Below the pieces are notes generated by a model. That model was given only the letters and a program-made list of their open reading frames with translations. It was not told the DNA's origin and did no database searches. A stretch of 64,000 nucleotides of DNA from Candidatus Latescibacterota bacterium (GTDB lineage Bacteria; Latescibacterota; UBA2968). Of this stretch, positions 40,200-50,151 are shown piece by piece. The stretch spans positions 3,904,001 through 3,968,000 of the forward strand of contig OZ241986.1 in assembly GCA_965204375.1 (NCBI GenBank), given 5' to 3'. Made by a program: the position numbers and the translations under genes. Numbering within the stretch: position 1 is the stretch's first letter; each line of letters begins with the position of its first letter.

Positions 40200-41152
40200 C
40201 CCAGGCCAAAGCCCGTACCCTTACCCACATGCAAATCTGCGCCCAGTCGCAAAAGCGGCATAAACGGTTCTATGTCCCCAGTAAAAACCACATCGCCCAC
40301 CACACCGCCCAATTTCATCCTCTGATCCTGACGCAACGAATACCGCTCCCAATCGTACCAGCGCGTATTCACCGTTGCGGTCTGCACTTTTTCTGCCCGC
40401 GCAATCCACTGCCCGTAATCCAGTTCCAGTTCCGCGCCACAGTGAAAGCGCATCAGATCTGATACGCGCCGCAACAACGCGCGCACCAGCAGGGAAAAAT
40501 CGAGACGAGAAGCATAGCGTCCTCCCGCTTTGAGACGGATCGGCGTCTGCAACCGCAGATGCACCAACGAGCCAACATCTTCTCCCCTGGACGACCCAAC
40601 ACAAAGCGGATAATCCAGATCCAGCATGCCCGTATCCGCCTCATAAATGCACTGTTCGCCCGCCGCACTCAGCGCAACAACCCGCTTCAGCGCAACTTTC
40701 CCGCGCCCCGTCCCCAGGCCCTGACGCCCCATCTCTTCAAAGGCATAAATAAAATAGGGCAGAGAATCCAGTGCCCGCCCCACCAGCACCAGCCCGACAG
40801 ACAGTGCGTCGCCTACCTCGTAAATCTGGTGCGTCTCTCCAGGCGGTTCAATCACAAACGGATGTGGCGCGAAAGCGTATCCCCGGCTGTCTTCCTCATC
40901 GCTGAACGGCGGCGTCTCAAAAACATAATAATACACGCACTGGGCGCAGATCAGACACGTCGAACAGTCCATATCTCGCTTAACGCACACCAGCTTTTTG
41001 AACGCATGCCCAAAAGCCCCCCGAAGGGTCGATCCCTTGTAGGGCGGCAATTTCAAGCGATCAACCGCCACCATCTCCATGCGAAAACGCGCATAGTGAA
41101 TTTTACGCAGTTCATCTATCATAGGCTCACCTCTTTTGAATAGGGAAGCCAT
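40181..41152 (-). CDS. cas6: Cas6 (with Cys motif)
   Basis: GSTLRGAFG, CxxC cluster, C-terminal HVGKGTGFGLG. Confidence 0.92.
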   Translation of the reverse strand: MASLFKRGEPMIDELRKIHYARFRMEMVAVDRLKLPPYKGSTLRGAFGHAFKKLVCVKRDMDCSTCLICAQCVYYYVFETPPFSDEEDSRGYAFAPHPFVIEPPGETHQIYEVGDALSVGLVLVGRALDSLPYFIYAFEEMGRQGLGTGRGKVALKRVVALSAAGEQCIYEADTGMLDLDYPLCVGSSRGEDVGSLVHLRLQTPIRLKAGGRYASRLDFSLLVRALLRRVSDLMRFHCGAELELDYGQWIARAEKVQTATVNTRWYDWERYSLRQDQRMKLGGVVGDVVFTGDIEPFMPLLRLGADLHVGKGTGFGLGCYEIL

Positions 41153-41227
41153 ATATACGCGAATTGCGCGTTAAAAGCAAACACAGCATAACAGGTAGCA
41201 ACACACTGGCGCAGTCATACCACTCTT

Positions 41228-41536
41228 TTAGCGAGAAAGAAGCGGCCGGTAAACCTTCAAGGAACGTACATTTGATCTTATAGAAACCGGAAGTTTGTCC
41301 CAGCGCAGCAAAGCCAGATAGAGTTCTGCCGCCACATTTTCATCCGGAACAACAGGCACACCTGATTCGTTGAGGATTAAAAACTTTTCAGGACCCGGAT
41401 GTATTAAATTCCAACTGATTTGATAGACATTGCCATCACTTGCCCTGATCAAATAAGGTTGTGGCACAGCCTCGTTATCTTGGTCTGACCGCCTGATGAT
41501 CCTTAACAAAGCCTTTCCGTCACCAGCCAACTTCAC
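41228..41536 (-). pseudogene. Hypothetical gene fragment ending in the WD40-module terminus
   Basis: Ends KVYRPLLSR, like KVYRPLLLR (2732) and IYEPLLSR (17535). Confidence 0.4.
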
Positions 41537-44274
41537 TCGTTAATGATGTAGATAATGCGCCCATTCTCATCCGACACGTAGATCGGTCCTTTCAGGATAC
41601 AGTCCCCCCACTTGCTACTCTGGCCGCCAACGAGCTTCCCGCTCGGAGGGGCGGGCAAGCTATACGCATCGGCCCGACTAACATTGACGCGGTAGCCGAG
41701 ATCAGATAGGGACTGGATCGTGATCGCGCTCAGGGGATTGGCATCGTAACTGTGAGTCGGCGTCATAAGTTCGTTGCCGAACACGGACGCCCTCCAATGA
41801 CCGCCATCACTCTCTGTTGGTACCTTTGCCCCGTTGTAATTCCTACCACCTGCATTGTTGAACGCTTGAATCGATAGCGCGCCGGTGAAGTACCTGTCAC
41901 TACGCCCACGGAGCAAATCCAGGTAATCCCAAAGCGTCCCAATCCCCAGAACGTGCCCCATCTCATGTAAGACCACCGTCCAGAGAGATCCTTCCTCCTC
42001 TATCCTCTGAAGGTCGGCCGTATCTAACAATATCTTTCCAAGAATCGGCAATTTGGTGTCCCCTCGTATCCAAAAATATCCCGCTCGCCCAAGGGTATCG
42101 CCGGAGCCGTCGATACTGGTAGCCCCCACGAATATCCGCAGGTCATCCACGGTGTCATTAACGCGAATTCTTGCGCCCAAATCCGCGTCCCATTCATTAT
42201 ACGGATTGGTCGAAAAGTCGATATCACTGAGGTCTTCTGTAATGATCGACATCCAGTGCCTTGCCGCCTGTCGGAATACTGCCTTCTGAGAAATGGTAAA
42301 GTCGTTGTCGTTGACAAAGACGAGTTCGATATTGAAGTCCCCGCTCGTGCCCGACGTCGATTCCTGATTCGCCTCTATTTTCAGGGTATAGCTCCCAGCA
42401 GTAGAAGAATCATAACCTCGTATCCGGATATAGTAGGTGCCCGAACGAACCGAAGCAGAAGTATAGAAGTTGCTACCCACACCCGCATCGTCATCCTCAG
42501 TAAGAACCCGACCTGAACTATTCAGGATAGCACCGTAGGTATCCGTGCTACCCGTCGTATAAGCAACCAAAGTACCAGAACCACTCACACTAACGCGGAA
42601 GTAATCCGTATCCCCCGCTGATAACCTGCCAGAAGTCGTACTGCCCAACGAGACTCGCGTTGCCTCTGAGCGCGTGTTTCCATGGTCATCTACGATGGTG
42701 ACCGTGATGCGTATGGCAGTAGAGCAATTGTTTCCGGTATCGCTCTCGCCGCTGACATCATCCACGCAGGCACCGTAAAAATAGGTCCCTGCGCTCGATG
42801 GTACATTCAAACGGATTGACTCAGCACTCGTATTAGAAGCCGGAAGACCGCTCACCGCGTCCGTGCCAACTTCCCTATCACCCGTTGTAATCGTCGCGTT
42901 TGACGAGCGGTAATAGCGCAGTGTCGTAGTGGCAGACCGACCAGTACCCTGATTGCGGACGGTAGCTCTCAGCGTGAAGGATTGCCCTGACGTCAGGGTA
43001 TTATCGCTGACCGAAGGCGATTCAACAATCAGGTCCGGCGCACCACCGCCACCACCGCCACCACCGCCACTCGCAGGAGATACCGGTTTGCCAAAATCAT
43101 TGGTGAAGATCACAAAATCTGAAAAACCAATCGCACCATCGCTATCCAAATCGTATTTCGCTTGATATGTCCCATCGCCTCGGCTTGACCCAAACACGCC
43201 TGCAAACTGCACAAAGTCGGCAAAGCCAACCATACCATCCCCGTCAAAGTCGGGCGTCAGAACCGCAGAATCTGATTGCAACCCAACGCTAATACTCAGC
43301 GTCACGCGCTCAAATTGTCCACTCCGACCAAGTTCACCGCGCACCAGCCGAATACGCGTACCCGAAAACGCCGCCATCGTGCGAAAGCGAATCGTGCCTA
43401 CCAGACCCGTATTGGACGTGGCTTGACCACCCAAAGACCCAATACTGATCTGGACAAAAGTCGGATTTGTGCCGTGTTCTGCTGGAAGCACGACAACATT
43501 TGGCAGCACATCACCCGCATCAAAACCGTCATAACCAACCTGACCCGCATCGTATTCAAAGCGCGTAGAAATACCATTCGCATTTTGAATATCCCTGCCA
43601 AAAATCTGAATGGCAACAACCTGACCGGGCGATACATTCACAGATGTAGCCGCTTGATCACCTGCTGAGCCATTTACATCCAGGGACAGAGAAAAACTAT
43701 TCTGTGAGGATACAGACTGCTGTCTCGCTTTCGCAAAAGTAATTACGATCCTGATTGGATCATCTGGCGGTACGTGCTGAGACAGTGCGTTCATTGCCAG
43801 AGGTCTTACAGATTCGGGTAATGAGGCCAATAATTCTTCTAAAAGAAGCGGGCGTATGATATGCAGCGAATCCGCCGTCGCTGTGTACGTATAATTGGTC
43901 TTCATTTTCGCGGTTATGGTGAGTGCATGGGTATCGGACGCGACTGTATAATTCCCCTCATATCGGCTCGTATCGTGTACAGCGACAGTAAGCGGAACCA
44001 ATAATACCATAGAGAAATTGGTTACTGTTGTGTAGTCAGATTGAACCTTGCCATCTGAACCAAAAGTTATTGTGCCGTTGATCTCGCCTTCGACTGTAAG
44101 AGGCGATACAACCTGCACGAGCCCGGCCGGGACATAAGCGTTCAGCCCGATCTTCTCAGCTACCCATGAACCCACGATATCGCCACCTTGAGGCTTAGGG
44201 GTTTCTGGCAGCAGTCCCGCATCTGCCTGTCCAAATGCTATGAACACCGTAATAAGTAGAACGTAGTCTCTCAA
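41533..44274 (-). CDS. Secreted multidomain zinc metalloprotease: cohesin-like, dockerin-like, CARDB, PPC, leishmanolysin(M8)-like
   Basis: HEMGHVLGIG, GGHW..ELMTP, SAITIQSLSDLGY, PDLIVES..TVRNQG. Confidence 0.8.
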   Translation of the reverse strand: MRDYVLLITVFIAFGQADAGLLPETPKPQGGDIVGSWVAEKIGLNAYVPAGLVQVVSPLTVEGEINGTITFGSDGKVQSDYTTVTNFSMVLLVPLTVAVHDTSRYEGNYTVASDTHALTITAKMKTNYTYTATADSLHIIRPLLLEELLASLPESVRPLAMNALSQHVPPDDPIRIVITFAKARQQSVSSQNSFSLSLDVNGSAGDQAATSVNVSPGQVVAIQIFGRDIQNANGISTRFEYDAGQVGYDGFDAGDVLPNVVVLPAEHGTNPTFVQISIGSLGGQATSNTGLVGTIRFRTMAAFSGTRIRLVRGELGRSGQFERVTLSISVGLQSDSAVLTPDFDGDGMVGFADFVQFAGVFGSSRGDGTYQAKYDLDSDGAIGFSDFVIFTNDFGKPVSPASGGGGGGGGGAPDLIVESPSVSDNTLTSGQSFTLRATVRNQGTGRSATTTLRYYRSSNATITTGDREVGTDAVSGLPASNTSAESIRLNVPSSAGTYFYGACVDDVSGESDTGNNCSTAIRITVTIVDDHGNTRSEATRVSLGSTTSGRLSAGDTDYFRVSVSGSGTLVAYTTGSTDTYGAILNSSGRVLTEDDDAGVGSNFYTSASVRSGTYYIRIRGYDSSTAGSYTLKIEANQESTSGTSGDFNIELVFVNDNDFTISQKAVFRQAARHWMSIITEDLSDIDFSTNPYNEWDADLGARIRVNDTVDDLRIFVGATSIDGSGDTLGRAGYFWIRGDTKLPILGKILLDTADLQRIEEEGSLWTVVLHEMGHVLGIGTLWDYLDLLRGRSDRYFTGALSIQAFNNAGGRNYNGAKVPTESDGGHWRASVFGNELMTPTHSYDANPLSAITIQSLSDLGYRVNVSRADAYSLPAPPSGKLVGGQSSKWGDCILKGPIYVSDENGRIIYIINE

Positions 44275-44414
44275 TACTTTAAACCGCCATTCACTTAATT
44301 TTGTTGCTTTTGGGATTTTACATTGTGGAATCGAGAGGTCCCCTACTCAGCGCAAGTGATACACTTTCCCTTACTCGTGTACACATGGAGTTGCCCCGCT
44401 TCAGTGGAGAGTTT

Positions 44415-44787
44415 AGGCCAAAGCCAGAGGTGTCACCTTGTTGGCTCCGGCGATGCCCCCAAGGGGAAAGGTCAGGGTAAATTGGCATTGGAGGACTTTG
44501 AAGTAGATGCATCCAGACACATCCAGCAATGTCCAGCGGGCCACATGCCCTTCGAGATGTCTGTGAGCAAGAAACGCCTCCAGGTTCGATTTGCTATAGA
44601 TGTGTGTGGGCAATGCCCTTTGCAGGACCGCTACCCGATCAAGGGAAAAGATCGTCTCCAATACACCCACGAACGCATAAAGCAGCGTGCCCGGTGTCTA
44701 TCTCAACAGTCTCCCGCCTTTCGTGACCGATACCGTTGGCGAGCAGGCATCGAAGGGACCGTATCGCGTCTAAAGCATCAAGCATGA
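44415..44787 (+). pseudogene. Fragment of an IS1182-like transposase
   Basis: KGKGQGKLALEDFEVD..RYRWRAGIEGTVSRLKHQ is homologous to the C-terminus of 46457..48316. Confidence 0.8.
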
Positions 44788-44837
44788 TAGCTTCTGATGG
44801 GAGCCTCTTAAATACACCATAGCATATTTTTCTTCTT

Positions 44838-45713
44838 TTAAAAGGTTTTCCTGGCTCGTAGGTCTTGGGCTTGTTTGGCGATTATATCTACTTCTCGCGG
44901 GTCAAGGTATCCGTATGTTCGGTTCAGAATTTCTTTATACATTGCCTCAAGTTGCATCCCTAGTGCTGAATAGACAGCGTTATCTACTTCTAAGAACCTC
45001 TTAAACGACACATTTGGAGAATTCCACTTGGATATACCAATAGGGAGGGCGATAGGCGTAATATTTACGCTTTTGGTCCACATTTTTTCATTTGTGAGAC
45101 TTTCGTGAATAAGCAAAGTAACACGCGGATTCATGTAGATCGACCCTGTGTATTCCCAATACTTACTATAGCTAATGACTCGGATATTGGAAGTATCAAA
45201 ATTGAAATTGATTTGAGCGGTAAGAATTAAATTGCTATTGCTTTTATCCACAAATGTCATATCGTCAAATGTCGGGAATGGCCCTCGCAGTGTGTATCCG
45301 CGTGCAGTAATTATCTCACCAAAATCCGCTGCCATATTACTCGAAAATCTGTTAAACATTGGAATTGAAGGAAGCCCTACCATCATTATAGGCGAACCGC
45401 CTCCCGAGGGGTCCATATATGGATAAGGACTACTTGGATAACCCGGATTTTGGCCAAATTGACTTCCTATCACAGCAAATGTAATACCTGTTTTACCTGC
45501 AATATCTTCTTCAGGCATGTAGTCAAATGTAGGACGCCGTCTTAAGACAATCTCCTCACGCGTAGCTACACAACCGCCAAATATAGTGATACATAGCGCA
45601 GCCAATGTGAACAAACCACATAAATTTTTCCATCGTATAAAATACATAATCCTCTCCTTTTTCTCCTTTTTTGCATTTACCATCTGGTGACAGTTACGGC
45701 AAGAATAATCCAA
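44838..45713 (-). CDS. Hypothetical lipoprotein (probable start near 45647)
   Basis: Lipobox-like IFGGC after a hydrophobic stretch; AT-rich. Confidence 0.55.
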   Translation of the reverse strand: MDYSCRNCHQMVNAKKEKKERIMYFIRWKNLCGLFTLAALCITIFGGCVATREEIVLRRRPTFDYMPEEDIAGKTGITFAVIGSQFGQNPGYPSSPYPYMDPSGGGSPIMMVGLPSIPMFNRFSSNMAADFGEIITARGYTLRGPFPTFDDMTFVDKSNSNLILTAQINFNFDTSNIRVISYSKYWEYTGSIYMNPRVTLLIHESLTNEKMWTKSVNITPIALPIGISKWNSPNVSFKRFLEVDNAVYSALGMQLEAMYKEILNRTYGYLDPREVDIIAKQAQDLRARKTF

Positions 45714-46132
45714 ATTAAACCTGCTAGCTTAATTCGTCCCCACATCCCTCTTGGTTCTATAAGTTTTTTCGACGATGTAGATGTTGTAATGATTTTGTAT
45801 ATGCGGTTTTTGTCAACATGCACATCCCGCACGCCAGGGGTTGTCCCTCTAACACCTATAAGGTGTTTCTCTATTACCTCCTCAATAACTACATGTTCGG
45901 AAGAAACAGATTTAACCTTGCCGCGTATTTCATTACTTTCTAAGAAACCACCAACATCCTCATAGTAAAACAAGGTCACTTCTTCCCCAATAAAGGACTT
46001 GAGATCATCTGCACCTAGAACAGCAGATTTATTTTCATCTCTACCTTTGCCCTCTAAATACTTATTGGCATAACAACCTACTTGTAATAGCAAAGCCAAA
46101 GGCAAAATAATGTATAACACCTTTTCATCCAT
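45677..46132 (-). CDS. Hypothetical lipoprotein/membrane protein
   Basis: LLLQVGC lipobox-like motif, C-terminal hydrophobic helix, RBS GGAGG. Confidence 0.55.
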   Translation of the reverse strand: MDEKVLYIILPLALLLQVGCYANKYLEGKGRDENKSAVLGADDLKSFIGEEVTLFYYEDVGGFLESNEIRGKVKSVSSEHVVIEEVIEKHLIGVRGTTPGVRDVHVDKNRIYKIITTSTSSKKLIEPRGMWGRIKLAGLIWIILAVTVTRW

Positions 46133-46255
46133 ATATCCCTCCCTTCAAAAACAAATTTCTAAATTCAGAAAGAAGCCTTCCTCCGCAGGTCACGGACAGG
46201 CATAATAAGTTTTAACCCCCTTTCTTGTTACATCCATCAAACGGGAAAATGCAAC

Positions 46256-46410
46256 TTGATTTTGTGATTGTGGAACGTTACATTATTCACAAAGCGGGTT
46301 GCGGTTTGCAAGACCGTTTCCCTCTCTGTATGTTGCGGCAGAAGGCCACAGGTGCCAACCCGAGCGGCCTTCTGCCCTTCACGCAAGCATAACGATGTCT
46401 GCGGTTTTTT
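46256..46410 (+). repeat. Repeated element A, copy 5
   Basis: TTGATT-17-TACATT, both hairpins, terminator CGCAAGCAT..ATGTCTGCG followed by T6. Confidence 0.7.
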
Positions 46411-46456
46411 AATTTATAAAAACAGATTTGTCCATCAACATATCTGTGAATCTACC

Positions 46457-48316
46457 TCAAATCGCGGCAGGGATGCCGCTCCTACAGCAGATTGATGAGA
46501 TATTGTCAAATGTTGACGGGTCGGCAAAAAGTCTTAAAATCAAGGGAGAAAGCCCCCTGTAACCCCTTGTCGTGGGTACTTCAAATCGTCTGTTCATACG
46601 CCCTGATATAGGTTTGTAAGGCCCAATAACCCGCTGATGACCTTGCAAGGCACTCAAAAGCCTACCAAAAAGCTTTTGAGGGTAAAAGGACCCCCTATAG
46701 ACAGCGACACGATGGATATTGAGACCCAATGCGCTGAGCAAGACCCGATATTTTACCGCACCTTGCCCACGCACCCGCAGGTGAGCCAGTCCCATTTGAT
46801 GCTTTAGACGCGATATGGTCGCTTCGATGCCAGCACGCCAGCGGTATTGGTCACGGAAGACATCAGACTGTTCAAACAGACGCCGGGCACGTTGCTTGAC
46901 ACGCTCGTGGGTATATTGGAGACGCGCTTTCCCTGGGATTGGACAGTGCTCTTGCAAGGGGCATTGGTCACATAAATCTGGGGCAAATCGAACCTGAAGG
47001 CGTTTCTTGCTCACAGACATCTCAAGGGGTGCATGGCCGGCTGGACATCGCTGGATGTGCCCAGATGCATCTACTTCAAAGTCCTCCAACGTCAATTTAC
47101 CCTGACCTTTGCCCTTGGGGGGCATCGACGGAGCCAACAACGTGACACCTCTATCTTTGGCCTGCGCGATACATTTTGTCGAACCGTAGTGCGTATCGGC
47201 CAGCAGATGCTTGGGCATCACGCCACGGGCTTGTGTATCCTGTATGGCAGGTAAGAGGGCTTTACTGTCATGGACTGTCATCTTGCCAACGGCGATATGC
47301 GTGATCAGGTCTGGCAGGGCAACTTTAGACACGCCTGATGTGGCGTCCTGTGCCTCATCGTCTTTGTCGGTATCATCACAGAAGGTCTCCATGACCTGTA
47401 TGAGGTAGCCCACCCCACGATGCTTATTATAGCTGGCGTCAGGATCGGCCGGATTAAGCGTATTATCACACGGTATCGCATGGGGATCCCGCATCTGGAT
47501 GCTGCTTTGACCAGATGCGCCTTGTATGCGTTGGCACTGTTCTTCAAAAACACCTGCCAACAGATGGTAGCTGTCCAACTGCGCCGCTTCGGTTGGACAA
47601 AACAGCTTTAGCAATGCATCTATATCGGCGGCGGCTTCTAACAATCGACACTTTGACTGGCTCGGTGTGGTTAAAGCGAAACACCCATCGCCTGTGCGGG
47701 CAACATACTTGCGCCACAAGTCACAGTCCAGTTCCTGATACAACTCTGGGCAGGTTCGACGCAACTGGCGCAAGAATTTACTCATGGACTCGACCAGAAT
47801 GCCCAAGCGTGTCAGGTTGCGCATAAAGCTTTGGACACCCGTCGAGTCAATCCGCTGCTTGCGGGTATGAACCCCTACCGAATGAATGAGCTTGTCGGTC
47901 AGACTTTGGAAGAGCACCTCATCCAGGTGATGCTGAATCACCAAACGACGATAGGTGCGAAGCGTTCGCTCGCAAAAATAACAGTCGGCTTCACTGCGCA
48001 CATCAAGGGCATACTGCCAAGCGATGTTGAATGCAATGGCCTCCACTGTCTGTGCATCGGTCAAATCATGCAGTTGTTGCAGCACCAGTGCGCCGAGCAC
48101 AACGTGGAGGTCTTTGCTGGGACGCCCAAAATTTTTGCTAAAATGGGGGGCCAGTGCCTCAACGGGCAGTTCCAAAAGCAGATACTCTCGGAAAACACCA
48201 GCCCAGGAACGATCAAGAAGTTGCTTGCGTTTAGCCCCAAGCTGTATCCAGAAATCCGGTGGGGCTGCCCTATCGTGGTCTCGTAAAGTAAGCATAAACG
48301 AAATATAGCTTACCAA
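46457..48316 (-). CDS. IS1182-like DDE transposase (reads through the IR to a stop outside the element)
   Basis: GRPS..LQQLHDLTD..WQYAL (DUF772-like), IDST, LADTHYG, RAGIEATISRLK. Confidence 0.85.
   Translation of the reverse strand: MVSYISFMLTLRDHDRAAPPDFWIQLGAKRKQLLDRSWAGVFREYLLLELPVEALAPHFSKNFGRPSKDLHVVLGALVLQQLHDLTDAQTVEAIAFNIAWQYALDVRSEADCYFCERTLRTYRRLVIQHHLDEVLFQSLTDKLIHSVGVHTRKQRIDSTGVQSFMRNLTRLGILVESMSKFLRQLRRTCPELYQELDCDLWRKYVARTGDGCFALTTPSQSKCRLLEAAADIDALLKLFCPTEAAQLDSYHLLAGVFEEQCQRIQGASGQSSIQMRDPHAIPCDNTLNPADPDASYNKHRGVGYLIQVMETFCDDTDKDDEAQDATSGVSKVALPDLITHIAVGKMTVHDSKALLPAIQDTQARGVMPKHLLADTHYGSTKCIAQAKDRGVTLLAPSMPPKGKGQGKLTLEDFEVDASGHIQRCPAGHAPLEMSVSKKRLQVRFAPDLCDQCPLQEHCPIPGKARLQYTHERVKQRARRLFEQSDVFRDQYRWRAGIEATISRLKHQMGLAHLRVRGQGAVKYRVLLSALGLNIHRVAVYRGSFYPQKLFGRLLSALQGHQRVIGPYKPISGRMNRRFEVPTTRGYRGLSPLILRLFADPSTFDNISSICCRSGIPAAI
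46461..46485 (-). repeat. GTAG-type REP-like palindrome
   Basis: Minus strand reads GTAGGAGCGGCATCCCTGCCGCGAT. Confidence 0.45.
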
Positions 48317-48354
48317 AACTATCGGGGCAATCTCTGACTTTTTGCCGACCCGTC
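46515..48354 (-). mobile_element. IS1182/IS5-like element
   Basis: Perfect 19-bp IR GACGGGTCGGCAAAAAGTC flanked by a direct repeat AAATGTT (exact IR/TSD boundary ambiguous by 1-2 bp). Confidence 0.88.
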
Positions 48355-48391
48355 AAATGTTGTGGATGGGTTTAGAACGCATCCTTTATGA

Positions 48392-49630
48392 TTATGCAGC
48401 GATTTTGCGTTCACCATCTACGAATTTCACCCCGTCAATGACGAGGGGTATGAGCTTGTAACCGCGTAATCTGACCCATGTTTTTTCAGCTTCAAGAGCC
48501 AGTTTATACACCATCGCCATTGTGGCTTTGACCGATCCGCAGCCTTTTGTCTGCCTCGTGCGATGCCTGACGGTAGCAAAAGTCGATTCAATCGGGTTGG
48601 TGGTGCGTAAATGGATCCAGTGTTTGGCAGGAAAATCATAAAAGGTGAAGAGCACCTCAAAATCTTTGGTGAGGCAGTCACAGGCTTTTTCATAGCGATC
48701 CTGATACAGACTCAAGAAGTGGTCATAGACCTTGTGCGCGGCCTCTTTTGTCGGCGACTGATACATATCTTGAAGGAGTCTCTTGGCATCCGGCTGCACA
48801 GATTTGGGTAGCTTATCCAACACATTAGCACTCTTATGCACCCAGCAGCGCTGATGTTTCGTGGCAGGGAATGTCTCTTCCAATGCGTGCCAGAAGCCCA
48901 TTGCGCCATCGCCTATGGCAAGAGCAGGGGCAAGGCGCAACCCGCGTGCTTTGACATCCAGTAAGAGGGTTTTCCAAGATAAGGTGCTCTCACGCTGTCC
49001 CTGCTCTATGGCAAGGACTTCCTTTTTACCTTCTGCTGTGGCACCAATGAGCACGAGAACACAGGGGCGATCATCAGACAGGCGTACGTTAAAATAGATA
49101 CCGTCTGCCCAGATATAGACATAGGCTTTATCGTGCAAGTCGCGCTTTTGCCATTGTTTATACTCGTCTTCCCAAATACGCTTTAAGCGCGTGATATTGG
49201 CTGGTGAAAGCCCTGGTGCGCCTTTGCCTAAGATCGCTTCGAGTGCTTGTGGGAAGGCCGAGGTAGAGACCCCTTTCAGATACAGTGTGGGGATCAATGT
49301 ATCAATGCTCGGACTGCGACGGGCATATTTAGGCAGGATCGCACTGGTGAAGTGCTCCCCGTCTCGACGATCGTGAACGCGGGGTTGTTTGACGGGTATT
49401 TTACCAATACCAGTGGTGACTTCTCGGGCAGGATGATACCCATTTTTGACCACCTCACGATGACCCTTTTCATCCACCTGATCAGCAAATCGGGCTATGT
49501 ATTCATTCACTTCATACCGCAAGGCGGCACATAACATCTTACGCGCACCATTTCTTATGACTTCCTCGAGGCTCTCGGCCAGTGTATCTTGCACTATGCT
49601 TTCCACTTCAAATGGGGTATATTCTTTCAC
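48392..49630 (-). CDS. IS256-family (Mutator) transposase
   Basis: LYLKGVST, YIWADGIY, IGDGAMGFW, QRCWVHK, RTTNPIESTFATVRHRT. Confidence 0.95.
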   Translation of the reverse strand: MKEYTPFEVESIVQDTLAESLEEVIRNGARKMLCAALRYEVNEYIARFADQVDEKGHREVVKNGYHPAREVTTGIGKIPVKQPRVHDRRDGEHFTSAILPKYARRSPSIDTLIPTLYLKGVSTSAFPQALEAILGKGAPGLSPANITRLKRIWEDEYKQWQKRDLHDKAYVYIWADGIYFNVRLSDDRPCVLVLIGATAEGKKEVLAIEQGQRESTLSWKTLLLDVKARGLRLAPALAIGDGAMGFWHALEETFPATKHQRCWVHKSANVLDKLPKSVQPDAKRLLQDMYQSPTKEAAHKVYDHFLSLYQDRYEKACDCLTKDFEVLFTFYDFPAKHWIHLRTTNPIESTFATVRHRTRQTKGCGSVKATMAMVYKLALEAEKTWVRLRGYKLIPLVIDGVKFVDGERKIAA

Positions 49631-49753
49631 GAGCGTGTCCTTTCTCCCTCCTGGAGGGATTTTAGGTTTTTGTGATACTATAGGATACGCTCTTTTCTTT
49701 TACTCATCCACAACTTTTGAATATACCTCCAGATTGATTATTGCGTTATAAAG

Positions 49754-49982
49754 AAAAAAACCAGGTGTCATCACCTATGACACCCGGTTAATATTATGCC
49801 GGTCAAATGCCACAGGCTGTGTGACTCACTCTATAGCCCAGATTGAGCTCGGCCCTTTCGGAGACCGAAACCATAGCATTTAACCGGCTGGAGATTGCAC
49901 ATATTGTACCCGGCTCCCTCCAGCCGGCACTATAGAATGATTCACACGCCCTTATAGTACAACATCAAAAATTCCTTCGCAA
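49754..49982 (-). ncRNA. Repeated element B, copy 3 (nearly identical to copy 2)
   Basis: TTGCGA(49977-49982)-17-TACTAT(49954-49959), core 49798-49888, terminator at ~49754-49788. Confidence 0.5.
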
Positions 49983-50151
49983 CAAAAAAATCGCTCATAA
50001 GACGACCTGCAGGTGCTGTCTGGTATAGCGCGTGTCGGCCAGGGGAGCATGTCGCTCGCCTGATTGCACCGCCAAATAGGACACATTCACAAGCATCTGG
50101 TTTCAAAAAAAAGTAACTATTCAGGACATTGTTGGAAACCCGTGTTGCTAA

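Larger units (their letters stand above)
46497..49729 (-). mobile_element. IS256-family element with another IS nested in its terminal IR
   Basis: 9-bp TSD CAGATTGAT (46488-46496 and 49730-49738). IRs GAGATATTGTCAAATGTTGTGGATG (reconstructed) and GAGGTATATTCAAAAGTTGTGGATG. Confidence 0.9.
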
